A program made the position numbers and the translations under genes. A stretch of DNA of 64,000 bases from Lytechinus pictus (lineage: Eukaryota), in the NCBI RefSeq assembly GCF_037042905.1, contig NC_087245.1:10914001-10978000 (forward strand), in the 5' to 3' direction. Of the stretch, positions 40,304 through 53,018 are shown in pieces. Below the pieces are notes generated by a model that did not search any database, was not told the origin of the DNA, and worked only from the letters and a program-made list of their open reading frames with translations. Each line of letters starts with the position of its first letter. Positions within the stretch are counted from its first letter, which is position 1.

Positions 40304-42201
40304 CTTGAACTGTATCATTATTTTTACTTTTCGCTAGTGATTGTAAGATTATTGCAAATATTAAAAAACAATATTAAAAAATGTACATACCGGTACGAAA
40401 TATTAAACAAAAATGAGTTGTAAAACATTAAAAAAACATTTTTATACTGATTTTTTTTCTAATATGCATTTGATCAGAATTAAGTTTTAAAAATAAGCAG
40501 TTAAAGGGCTTTATTTATAGATTTAAAACCAAATTTGTATTTAATGCACTAAAATTTGCATAATTGATTCAAATAAAGAAGGCCCTATTTAAAATCATGC
40601 TTTCATTAATTGAAACCCCATAGATTTTGACATTTTCTACCATTAGAAAGTCAAAAGGGGCCTAAGCTTTCGATCCTTGCAAATGACAAACATAAATTAT
40701 AAAGTGGAACAACCATAATATAGACCACAGACAAGCTACAGCAACACTAGAAACAAGGAGACAAAAGGGGCATTAGTGAGTAGAGAAGACCAATCAGGTT
40801 AGTGAAGGGGATGAAAGAAAAGGAGTAGGCAGACACAAAGGTAAGTTACAAAAGTAAGGCCAGTAAAAGACCTCAAGCCAATTAGAGGGATTCAGATAAT
40901 GAGGCAGGCAACATCAAACAGGATCTGGAACAAAACAGTGATAGAGCTAGGGTATGAGGAAGAGATGAATAACAAGAGAATTAGTGAGAGGTGGGTCAAA
41001 CAGGTTACAAAGAAAGGCATAATAAAGTGGTGCATAAGAGTGGGGGGGAAAAGGGAAAAGAATGGGGAACAACTGATAATGTGCAAAAGACATATAAGTA
41101 TATATGATAAAGCATTAAACAAACTAAGAGAAGAAGGTAAGTGTAAATAGGTATCTATAAGTGATATGTATATAAATATCCAAAAAAGAAATGTATATAA
41201 AAAAAATATAAATACACATAATTCTAATCCGCTAGGTGTCACGGGAAAAAACATAAGACTATACTGTATACCATTGTGCAAATTCTTATCGGTCCAAAGA
41301 CACCGGGACTACATATGTATGTAGGAGGAATAAACTTATAAAATGTTGACTTACTTTAGTGTTCTTCTTTTAACTGTTAAAAATGAGTCAGGCAGCATAT
41401 TGGCATTAAAACGAAACATAAATAATGCCGTTTGCAAAAAAAAAAAGAAATCTATATATATATAGCTTCAAGCAAAATTAAGTTTTACAAATAATGGGTT
41501 TGCTTATCAGACCCATTACATAATTTTGCGAATTGCTTTCTTTTGCATATTAATATATTGATAGTTGACACCTTGGATGTCAATATAATAATATCCTATC
41601 ATTAAAAAATACTTTTAATTTGTATAATAAACCACTAAAGGCACATCCTGTTCATGATAACAGAGAAGAATTAATGCAAGAGCTTTGATCTAAATTTTGT
41701 TTGTTGTTCAAAATAAATGGAATATCAGGGAGATCCAAGTGTCCAATACAGTGAATAGAAAAGGTATGCTCCTTCAAGAATAACTGATGAAAACTGTAAT
41801 TCCATTCCACTGTTTTTTAACAAAAACACGTACTCTTGAAGGCCTTCTATTGAAAATCACGCAGTGTGACTTGTTTTGCAATTCCTGGTCGCAGATTAAG
41901 ACACTATTAAGTGGATTCTGAGCAGTTTTTAAATCATGACTGCAGATCAATAACTAAACCCATGCACGAGCTGAAATTTTCAGTATACTGTCTGACATAT
42001 GCAAAGGAATTCGAATTTGCAGTGCATAAAAATATGCATAGTTCACTACTCAATAATGCAAGCACAAAGAACTAGCTGAATTTTTTAAAGATTCCTACCT
42101 AGAAACTGGACAAATTATGCATAAGCCTATATAAGTTTTGATTAAAAACTTGAATTTGCGAGCGCGAAGCGCGAGCTGATTTTTTTTCAGATTTAGACCT
42201 A

Positions 42202-45200
42202 CACTGTAAAAAATAGTGGGTAAAATTTCAACTAGCACGAGGGTAATTATAAGTCCAACAATTTTTTTCATTCTGGAAAATGAATAACTCACTCCTGAAA
42301 AAAACGGCGATTATAAAACTGGTGTCATTAATGTTATCACTCATACTAAAAATGAATTTAAAGCAGAATGTGATCCTCATTATATTTGGGACCTATGTAA
42401 GTTGAGAATTAAAGATTATACTATATCTTTTGCTAAGAAGCTTAGGAAAGCCGAGAAGGAAGAATTAATTTCATTGGAAAAAGAATTAGAATGTTTACAT
42501 GTGCAACTTTATGCAGGTAATTCGGAGATATATAGAAGAACGGATGATTAGTGTTCAAAGAAAGGTTAATATGTATTACAAAAAGCAATGCGATGGTGCA
42601 AAAGTTAGGTATAGAGTTACACATTTTGAAGAAAGTGAGAGCAATATTTCATACTTTTTAAATTTAGAACATAGGAATAGTACAAAAAAATATATATCAG
42701 GGATAAAGATAGGAAAGAAAGTAGTAACACATAGGGACAAAATTATGAAGTCAGTAGAAAAGTTTTATTCTACATTATACACAACACAAAATCCCGATCT
42801 GTTGTTGATCGAAGCGTATCTTAAAGAAATAAATCACCCTCATTTATGTGGTAGTGAAGCCGAAGAATGCGAGGGACTGATCTCAATTAAAGATGCCATG
42901 GCACAAATGCGTTAAAGGGAATGAGTCTCAATAAAACACCCGGTATCGACGGATTAACAGTAGAGTTTTTTAGGGAATTTTGGGTTGATATACAAGATCT
43001 TGTTGTAAATAGTTTAAATGAAGGTTATAGCAAAGGTAAGCTTAGTTTTTTGCAGAGAAAGGGTGTTGTAACTTTGTTATTTAAAGGTGGAGACTCGATG
43101 GAATTGGGTAACTGGCGACCAATAACATTACTTAATACTGATTACAAAATACTTGCTACAGTACTATCAAACAGACTCCAAAAGGTTTTAACTCATTTAA
43201 TTAATGAAGACCAAGTAGGTTATATCAAGGGCAGGAGTGGTATTTATAATGCCAGAATAATCCAGGATGTTATAGATTATAGCATTTTTAACAAAACCGA
43301 TGGTGCAATTATAATTTGCCGATTTTCAGAAAGCATTCTATACGTTAGAATGGAAGTTTATTGATGCTTGTTTAAAGATATATGGTTTTAAATATAGTTT
43401 TAGGAAATGGATTTCAGTTATATATAATGATCCCCATCTTAATATATTAACGAATGGATGGTTAACAAGAGATATAAAGCCATCGCGGGGTATAAGACAG
43501 GGCTGTCCCTTATTCGCATTAATATTTATACTTTGCATTGAAACCCTTGCAAATCAGATAAGACAAAATAATAATATCATAGGTTTGAGCATTGGTTACA
43601 AACATGAAAATAAGAATACTTTTAAGATACTGCAGTTAGCAGATGATATGACATTATTTGTTAGGACAGTTATATCAGGCAATACAGCTATTAATATCAT
43701 TAGAAACTTTGAAACATATTCTGGAATTCATTTAAATGAAAACAAAACAAAATCTATTTGGCTGGGAAACGACAATCCGACAAATAATATTGGAAATATA
43801 TTATGGGAGGACGTTTATGATAAGTCTCTTGGTATTCATTTTTGCAAAAAGAAGCATTTAAGTTTAGAAATGAATTAGTCTGAACAAAGAATATTAAAAA
43901 TTAAACAGTTGTTACAAATATGGAAACAGAGAAACCTTACGTTAAGAGGGAAAATTTTAATATTAAAATCGTTGATTATGTCGAAAATAATTTATACATC
44001 ACAAGTTCTTTCTTGTCCTAAAGAAATAGTAAAGGAGCTCGATAAATTATTTTTTAATTTCTTATGAAAAGGTTAAACGGACTAATGTAGTAAGCACAAT
44101 AGATGAAGGTGGCCTAAATATGTTAGATGTTGAAACAAAAGTTGCGTCGTTGAATTTATTTTGGCTTTGTAAATATTTGAGTGATGAGTTAAACCCTGGA
44201 TGTAAATGTATGTTTGATTACTGGTTTCAGCAACTGGGTGGTATAAAATTTATTATGAATTGTAAATATAATATTAAAAACAAATGTTTTTTGGAAAACA
44301 GGATGCCTTATTTCTATTATAACTTGCTATCAACGTTTTTCTTATTAAAAAGGTATAACTATTCAAGAAATATTCAAGCAGATATACAGGATAATTATCA
44401 AAAAGAAATGATTTGGCTAATCTTATACAAAGGGAAAATTTTATTTTATATGAATTGGATAAACTCTGATATTTTGTTTGTGGGGGATTTAATGGATGAT
44501 AAGGGTTTTCTATACCTATAGATAAGATTAGCGCTAAAATAGTAGTTAAGGACGGAAGGTGGTACAGTCAGTATGCTCGTATACGACAGGCTATTGAGTT
44601 ATGTGGCAACATGTCTCTTTTTTCTAATACAAGTTTATTACAAAAGAAGTATTCGGAATTTAGATCCAATGTTAATGTATATAATGATATTAGATTGGTT
44701 GATAGTATTATTAGGAAAATATATTATGAATTGATCCAAGTAAAAACTGAAGAATCTAGAGCAGAGGAATTTTGGTGTAATACCTTAGTATTTGACTGTT
44801 TACCAATTTGGACAGATGTTTGGTTATTTAAGTTAAAGTTAGTTAAGGATTATGTACTGGTCAATTTTAATTTTAAGTTCATGTATAATATTTTGGCAAC
44901 ACCAGCTAACCTTTTTAGATGGAAATTAAAAGAAAATGACCAATGTTTTTACTGTGATCAAAAAGGTGATTGCAGTTATATGTTTTTCTCTTGTAACATA
45001 ATGATAATATTTTGGAAAAAAGTTGAAGAAAATGTACAGAAATATATTTTGCCAAATTTTCATTTCCAGCCATGTTATATATTATCAGGAATTTCATTTA
45101 GATCAAAAGAAAAAAATGATGTAGATATAATTTTGAATTATGCTTTATATACCATTTATAAATGTTTCGCTGGAAAAGAATCTAAAAGGAAAATAACGAT

Positions 45201-45579
45201 TCAAAGGCTGTTTAATATTTTGTTTTACCTATTAAGATATCGTTTACAGATAGAAGAAAATGTGAAATCCAGAAAACCATGTATTTCCCTCCAGAAATGG
45301 AGGCAAATGTTAGCACTGTGAATATATTTTGTTTGATGAATAAAGAAGACCAGCAATGGTTATTTTACAAAAAAAAAAAAAAAAAAAAAAAAATAAGTCC
45401 AACAATTTGGGGCAGTATCCAATGCGGGAAGCATATTGTCCAGTAAGGTTAAAAAATAACCAGCTATTTAAGAGTGGGCACATTTTCATTACAATAATAA
45501 AAATGCCTAAAAGAAATGCCCAATGTTGGTTGGACACAATTACCCTCATGGAGCATTTTTACCCATATTTTTTAGAGTG
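42202..45579. mobile_element. CACT-ended MITE (TA flanks) hosting the LINE
   Basis: Left end CACTGTAAAAAATAGTGGGTAAAA..GAGGGTAATT; right end AATTACCCTC..TTTTACCCATATTTTTTAGAGTG; TA on both sides. Confidence 0.8.
42265..45392 (+). mobile_element. 5'-truncated, frameshifted non-LTR retrotransposon (L1/Tx1-like ORF2: reverse transcriptase and C-terminal zinc knuckle)
   Basis: Fragments WKMNNSLL, KTPGIDGLTVEFF, NWRPITLLNTDYKILA, GIRQGCPL, QLADD, GGLNMLD, CFYC..YMFFSC. AATAAA at 45339, A-tail 45369-45392, 16-bp TSD ATAAGTCCAACAATTT at 42249-42264 and 45393-45408. Confidence 0.93.
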
Positions 45580-45854
45580 TAAAAATAAGGATATTCCAGG
45601 CCATGCTACCATGAATGGTTTTCAATCAAACAATATTATTGCATTTTTAGTAATTACATGCAGGATATTGATGCGAGCGAGTAACCGAAAAAACGCTATA
45701 TCAATTAAGATTAACATTTTTAAGACGACCTGAACTTAACTCGACAGTTCTATCATGTTTTTAATTAAGAACGTATATTAGAGCGCAAAGTGTTAGCTGA
45801 TTATTATTCAGATAGGCCTAAAACATGACATTCGAATCAATGTTACCATGAACA

Positions 45855-48240
45855 TAGTGGCGTAACAGGGGTCGGTGGCCAGGGGGGGGGGGCAAGAGCA
45901 AACATTTTCCCGGTCATATCATGGTATAAACAGGCGTAATGGTGTAATGAGGCGACGATTTTGAGAGGGCCAGATATTGCGTATCGGGCAGAATTTATCT
46001 TTTAAAAAAGTTGCGAGCGAGCGAAGCAAGCGAGCAAAAAATTTGACATTTTTAATACAAAAATCAAATTTTGTGATAGATTTTGACATGATATCAGTGG
46101 CGTAACAGGCGGGGGACAGGGGGGCAAGCTGCCCCCCTGGCGGATTTCACCGGGAAAATAAAAAAAAAACGGGAAAAAGAGGAAAGGGAGGGAGAAAGAA
46201 AGGGAAAGGGGAAGGAAAGGGAAAAGGAAAGGGAAAAGTGAAAAGAAAACGAAAAAAAAAATCCTTTTTTAAATGATAAAGGAAGGAATTAAGCGGGAAA
46301 GGGAACGAAAGAAGAACATTTGAGAAAGAACAAATCATTCTGAAATAGGCCTATGTAATGCAATAGCATGATGGGAAATAAATCAAAAGATGACAAAGTG
46401 GCACAAATATAGCGGGAAACGAAGGTAGAAAGGAATTAGTCAAGAGCTAAATTGGAAAACAAAGAAATGGGACAAGAAAAAAAAATAATAACACGACCGG
46501 GCTGCTGAGGATTGAGAGTAAAGAGCGGGAAGAAAGATGGACAGTATACAACATTGTGCTATAAGCTTGCTAAATTTTGTGCAAATAAGCTATCGGGGCT
46601 TTGCCCTATTATATAGACCCCACGCAGTAGGGGTCCTTATCTATAACATTCAAATGGCTCTATAACGCCCCCCTGTAGGGACCCTTCCTACATTAAGCTT
46701 TGCGTTCAATCACTGGCATATAGGCGCGGGGGGGGGGGGGGGGGTCTTGGTTCTACACCCAAGAGGAATTATTATAGGAGACAACGTATAATGAAATTAA
46801 TGGAAACAATGAAATGTGTTATTTGCTGAATAAATATAATGGAAAAATCTATTACATAATAAGAATTTAATTTCAATAGGCACTCTTTTTGCAGCTCGCT
46901 TTGCTCGCTGGCAACTTTTTACAAATTTTCCCACATTGCTTTGTTTTGCCCCCTCAAAATATTTGGTTCATTACGCAACTGGGTTGAATAAAATGTTGTG
47001 TAAAAGCTACATTCTGTATATACCCGCGATTTGATTAAAAATAGCGGCAATCTGCGAGGTTTAAATGGCTTTGATATCAAGACCCCATCCGCATTACACT
47101 GCCGTATATGAGTATGGAAGGGTTGGGCCATGGCCCCAAAAGTTCTACAAACAAGAGCAAAAAAAAAAAGGAGGAAAGAAAAGCAAAGGAAAAGTGAAGG
47201 ATATGATTTTATTTACTGAATATAATGTCAAAAAATATCTCAAAGTTAGATTCTCATGAAAAGGTGATATTTTTCTCGGTCGCTTCGCTCGCTCAGGACT
47301 TATATTAAGCAGCTTTTTAGCACATGCGCCATACTGTACCCATCGTTTTTTTTGTACTCTTCACGCAACTGCCGCAAATAATCCTGTTCACAGTGGGGTA
47401 CAGACCACACAAAAAAAAGGAATGGAAAGAGAGAAGAATAAAATATATTATTCTTTGGATATCATGTCAAAATCTATCACAAAATTGGATTTTTGTATTA
47501 AAATGTCAAAAATTTTGCTCGTTCGCAACTTTTTTTAAAGATAAATTCTGCCCGATACGCAATATCTGGCCCTCTTAAAATCGTTGCCTCATTACGCTTG
47601 TTCATACCATGATATGACCGGGAAATTTGTTGCTCTTGCCCCCCCCCCCCTGGCCACCGACCCCTGTTACGCCGCTGCATGTAATGTAGGAAGGGTCCCT
47701 ACAGGGGGGGGGGCGTTATAGAGCCATTTGAATGTTATAGATGAAGAGCCCTACTGCGTGGGGTCTGGGGCAAAGGCCCGGTAGCTTATTTTCATAAAAT
47801 TTAGCAAGCATATAGCACAATGTTGTATACTGTCCATCTTTCTTCCCGCTCTTTACTTTCAATCCTCGGCAGCCCGGTCGTGTTATTATTTTTTTTTCTT
47901 GTCCCATTTCTTTGTTTTCCAATTTAGCTCTTGACTAATTCCATTCTACCTTCGTTTCCCGCTATTGTTTGCCACTTTGTCACCTTTTGATTTATTTCCC
48001 ATCATGCTATTGCATTACATAGGCCTATTTCAGAATGATTTGTTCTTTCTCAAATGTTCTTCTTTCATTCTTTTTCCCGCTTAATTCCTTCCTTTTTCAT
48101 TAAACAAAAATATTTTTTCTTCGTTTTCTTTTCACTTTTCCCTTTCACTTTCCTTTTCCGCTTTTCATTTCCCCATCCCTTCCCCTTTCTTTCTCCCTCC
48201 CTTTTCTCTTTTTCCCGTTTTTTTTATTTTCCCGGTGAAA
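45855..48240. mobile_element. Cluster of hAT-type (YAGTGGCGTAAC) element fragments with two pairs of long inverted repeats
   Basis: 45855-46094 inverted at 47458-47677; 46145-46695 inverted at 47682-48240. Confidence 0.8.
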
Positions 48241-48251
48241 CAGGATATGGG

Positions 48252-48413
48252 TACACTCTAAAAAACGAAGAGCTACGACGAGGCGCTGATTATTTTGTTT
48301 ACTTCATATTTGAACGAGAAAAATCAGCACTTCGAAGTGCAGTCACTATCAAATACACGTTCTTTATAAGGGCTAAAATTTGCTCTTCGTTGCTTTTCGT
48401 TTTTTAGAGTGTA
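48252..48413. mobile_element. Short CACT-ended MITE
   Basis: TACACTCTAAAAAACGAA / TTCGTTTTTTAGAGTGTA. Confidence 0.75.
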
Positions 48414-49741
48414 GGATATGCGTAAGCCCGGTGCGTGAGCTGAAGAAAATTGAGAACTTCAGTGTTTGTGGTGTATGTATTTTCATCAGGAACTCAAACT
48501 GTCACAAAATTGTGCCCCTTGAAGATTTTGCCCCACAAAAGCCGTAAGTGTTCAGGCATGCCTGATTTATTAACTATAGGGGAAGTTCTTTTGACAATAA
48601 TTTATGGAAGACCAAAACACTGTATTTGGAAGAACGCGCGGCCCTCAAGAGCAAAAATAGGCCCTAAGCCCCTAAGACCAGACTGATGTATCTGCTGGAT
48701 GAAGTCATAATTCATGCAGCTGCATTTTGTAGCTTCTTCAGTTTCCCAATGTGAGAATCTGGTAAGTTGGAAAAGAAGCTCATAACCCAAATCGAGCCGG
48801 GAAAAATAAGTAAATGTACTCAAGTTTCTCTGTGAGGTATTTTCTTATGTTTATGTTTCGCAATTGATAAAGACCTGCAATTGCTTCTAATCTATTTGGA
48901 TATGGACATGTAAACCATCTTTTGATATGCTGATTATGCATGTTTCGTGAAATTAAACACATTTCAAAATATATCAACTTAATTATAAAGATCTCATGAA
49001 ATTCTGTTTCATTCTATTTATACTCAAATCAGCTGCTATACGCTGTATGCCGTTTAAAATTTTTATCTTAAAATTACCCATTGATATTTTATAAACGGGG
49101 ACTGAGGGGGCAGAAAGTTTTCTAAAATAGTACAAATAAGTTCTGCCCCCATATTTTGGACCCCCCCCCCCCCCGCTTGTTGTCCTGCGCTGCATATATG
49201 CATGCACGGTTATTATTAAATTGCGTTTCGCCGATACCGTAAAAATAATCATTAGTATTTTAGTAAGACTAAGACTCTAAGAGTAAGAGTAAGAGAAGCG
49301 AATTTGCGTCGATCATGATCTTGTGACAAAACGCGGTCTAATAATACTTTTCTGGTACCGGTATGTATTGAAAAAGATTATTGATATGCTTCTTATATAT
49401 CCTAAATGATATTGTAGGATCCTGTTTATTGTTTTTTATTCATTTAGAGATAAGTGGATTTGTCGTTAGTGCTTGAATCGCAATCAATGCCATAGCCACA
49501 GGCGGACACTAATGCATGCGATTCTTATGCACGTTTATCCAATGGGGATATCACGAATCCTTGTTGTAATATATCGAATTGCACAGGAGCCAAGTCGACG
49601 CATGGACTGGTAGAGTAAATTAGTTTTAACAGTAACACTTTCCCAATTGGCCAAGCCCAATTTTTGATTTGGAGACCTCAAGACTTTTATATCATAATCA
49701 TGTACAGTGAGTGAGTTAGTTATTTAGAACTTGACTAGACT

Positions 49742-50197
49742 TAGAGTACAGCTGGCAGCCGTCTGTTTCGAGGAGTTTTTTAACATTTTTTTTTTTTTTA
49801 AATTTCTCCTCGTACACAGACGGCTCGCTATCGTGCAGCCACCATTAGGGGACTTGCAATGCAAAATCCCCCCGTCGGGGCTCTTCAATTTTTGTCTTTA
49901 ATGAATAAAAATTTTGAAAATTAACGCGACCAAATTAAAATACAAATTAATATTCCATCTTGGCATTAATTGCCAAAAAACAGAGAAAAATCAAGTTAAA
50001 AGGAACAAAAACAGTGACTTACCTCGGCTGTCACGCAAATTCACTTCCCCGTTTTATCCGATCTTAAGTACATAAACATATGGCCATTGAGTCCCCTGTA
50101 CAGATCGCGCTAGAACTTCGGTCTCTGTATTTGGTGAGTGAAGCCAACGGAGTTCAGCTGAACAACCAACATAACAGAGACCGAAGCTTTTGGTCTA
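49742..50197. mobile_element. 456-bp element with a hairpin module at each end and a 9-bp TSD (possibly AcademH-type non-autonomous)
   Basis: TAG...CTA ends; perfect TSD GACTAGACT at 49733-49741 and 50198-50206. Confidence 0.8.
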
Positions 50198-51496
50198 GAC
50201 TAGACTGAGAGTCGACTCTAGAGTAGGTATGTGACAAAAAAATAAAAATCATGGAATTAGTGATTTGAATTACATTGTAACCTAGTCCACGCACAAGAGA
50301 GACTGCACGAAGCCGTAAAAACACTAAAAACAACTGTAAAAAATGCCAATTTCTTTGTTTCTTGAACCTTCCTGTAATCCCGTATCCAAAATTCATGCTA
50401 AGACATCGAATGCTAGACAAATTCTGAAAGTGATTGTGAGTTTGTGATGCAAGAAATGTGAATGTTTCTTCCTCCTACGCCGGGGAAGACACGGATCATT
50501 ATTTGATAAGATGTACTAGTGGTACCGTATCGTAGTTTGCAATGTACAAGAACGGCAGTGCTGTGTGTGTGTACACTGTGACTGTGAGGTGAGTGAGTGA
50601 CTGAGTGTGTAAGTGGCCAATATTGTCGGGACCTTTCTTTCTTGCTATCATTTGTAGATGCATTGATCAAGAAAAGCAGATTTCCGCATACCGGTAATCT
50701 CTTTGGATACTTTGAAAGCTTTAACTTAGTTTTTATTTCTTCGTACCTCAAATATAATGTGAGAAGGATTTTTTTTTTTAGTCTAAAGTTGGGGGTGCGG
50801 TTAATCCACGGGTGCGGTTTATAGTCCGTTATTACGGTAACCTGCCCAAGTAAGAAATTGAGATTCAAATGTTAAATTTATTCTTCCTTTTTTGTTTTTT
50901 GGACTTGTTAATATAAAATTTCTTTTAATTTTACAAAATGAAATTGAAATTTGTATCAACATTTTTTTTTTGGTGTGATATAAAGATAGTACAAGGGGTA
51001 CCTCGAGCGAAGTTCGTGCAGGCTCCACTCCACTTCACTACCGCTACACTACGCTCCACCTACCCGAACTTCGTGACCGTGAACTCGTTCAGATACTCCG
51101 AGAGGCAAGGGTGGGATAAAAAAGTTATTTAATGTAAAAATTATAGAACAAAAATATAACGAAAAAGAAAAATAGCTTAATTTCTTACCCTACACCCTTA
51201 TTTCACTCCGTGTCCATCCTCCGGTTATCCTCAAAATTGGTGATTTTGGGCCAGTATCTAATTCCTCACACGTATTATTCACGGCCGATTTCAAACATCG
51301 CATGTGATTGGTCGCAGGTCAAGCAGCATGAATATTTATATTATATTGGATGGCTCAGAAAATACCAGAAATATTCTAAGAGTTTGGGAAAATATTCCAC
51401 GAATCAGTGGAGTATTTTGCCAAACTCTTAGAATATTTCTGGTATTTTCTGAGCCATCCAATATAAATATTCATGCTGTTTGACCTGCGACCAATC

Positions 51497-52568
51497 CAGG
51501 GATGCCACTTTTTCGTCTTTATACGGAATTCCGGCTTTTTCCCTGCTATCTGTCTTATTTCTGTGTTTCTGACTTTTCTTGTTTTCTGTGTATTAAAAAA
51601 CGGAAAGTCCCCCTTTTTCTCCCTCTCTCTCATGCATGTCGATCGACCGCGTGAGAGATATTTGCTATTATTATAAACGCGCGCACTACCCACTACGTTC
51701 ATTGAGCTATCCTTTTATCGAGGCTTTCCGATTAGAATAAATCCTGGCCAATCAATGCGAGCGACAAGTTCCGAACGCATGCACATAGACAAGCGCAAAG
51801 CAGCGGCACGAATCGCGGTATAATAGCGACTGGTAAATACGTCTGTAAAGATGATGACGTCATCCAAGATGGCAACTTACGATGACCAATTAAGGAATCG
51901 TGGATGACTAAGTTTTTATCATCATTTGAAAGGAATTAGCGGTAACTGCGGTCTAAGGTACGATGTTTCTGAATTTTATATATTTTCTCGTAAGTTTGGA
52001 TGTAATCATTTTTTTATAATGTGACATTTTATGTACCAAAAACGTTCCGAAAATCGGGTTTCCGCCGAATGTTATATCTAACGTTACTGCTGCATGCTGA
52101 TACGTAACCCAGGGAGCTCCGGCCCGGAAAGCGGGCCGGAGCTCCCTGGGTTAGCTGATACATTGTCTTTATGTACGGGCCAACAACTCTTCAGTCTATG
52201 TATTGGTGAGTGGAGCCAACGCGGTTCAGCTGAACAACCAAACTACAGAGACTGAAGCTTTTGGTCTAGCGTTCTATGAGAAACACACAACAACTAACTA
52301 CTGTCAGTTTTTCAAACCTAATTGACTTCAAAGTCATCGATCACAACAAGATACAAGAAGCCACTTGGTCCTCCCCCCCCTCCCCTAAATTTGAGGTGGG
52401 GGCGGACCCCCCCCCTATTTATTTATTTATTTTTTTTGCTTGTCCAATTTTTTACCTGTGTCCATCCCCAAATTTAAGGTGGACCCCCTAAATTTTTTTC
52501 TTTCTTGGACACTGTCCCGGCCCGCGATAAGTTTCAGTATTTTTGGAGGACACCTAGTGGCATCCCTG
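51497..52568. mobile_element. hAT-type element nested in the foldback
   Basis: TIR CAGGGATGCCACT / AGTGGCATCCCTG; 8-bp TSD GACCAATC at 51489-51496 and 52569-52576. Confidence 0.9.
52105..52153. mobile_element. 49-bp hairpin insertion with a 9-bp TSD
   Basis: TAACCCAGGGAGCTCCGGCCCG-GAAAG-CGGGCCGGAGCTCCCTGGGTTA; flanks GCTGATACG/GCTGATACA; absent from the paralogous copy near 14085. Confidence 0.85.
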
Positions 52569-53018
52569 GACCAATCGCATGCGATGTTTTGAAATCGGCC
52601 GTGAATAATATGTGTGAGGAATTAGATACTGGCCCAAAATCACCAATTTTGAGGATAACCAGAGGATGGACATGGAGTGAAATAAGGGTGTAGAGTAAGA
52701 AATTAAGCTATTTTTCTTTCTCGTGATATTTTTTTTCTATAATTTTTACAATAAATAACTTTTTTATCCCACCTTTTCTCTTGGAGTATCCGAAGGAGTT
52801 CACGGTCTCGAAGTTCGGGTAGGTGGAGCGTAGTGTAGCGGTAGTAGTAGTGAAGTGGAGTGGAGCCTGCACGAATTTCGCTCGAGGTATACAAGGGGTA
52901 GACTGATAAATCCGTTCTTTTTTAGAAGTTTGTTAACATTTTAAAATTTTGTTTTCAGTCCTCATCCTACACAGTAACCCAGGTAGCTCCGGCCCACTTA
53001 GAGGGCCGGGTGCCCAGG

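Larger units (their letters stand above)
50999..52889. mobile_element. Foldback element with a 9-bp TSD, host of nested insertions
   Basis: TACCTCGAGCGAA / TTCGCTCGAGGTA; TSD TACAAGGGG at 50990-50998 and 52890-52898; palindrome centre near 51400. Confidence 0.9.

Noticed and set aside
40892..41281. 129-aa hydrophobic ORF
   Set aside because: Product of a purine/pyrimidine-skewed low-complexity tract; no recognisable domain or splice support.
50413..50868. 151-aa minus-strand ORF
   Set aside because: Non-ATG start, includes a TG-rich simple repeat, no recognisable homology.
51695..52280. ACGTTCATTGAG / GCGTTCTATGAG as the TSD of the TAGACC-ended repeat
   Set aside because: Three mismatches and no matching left terminus; cannot be supported.
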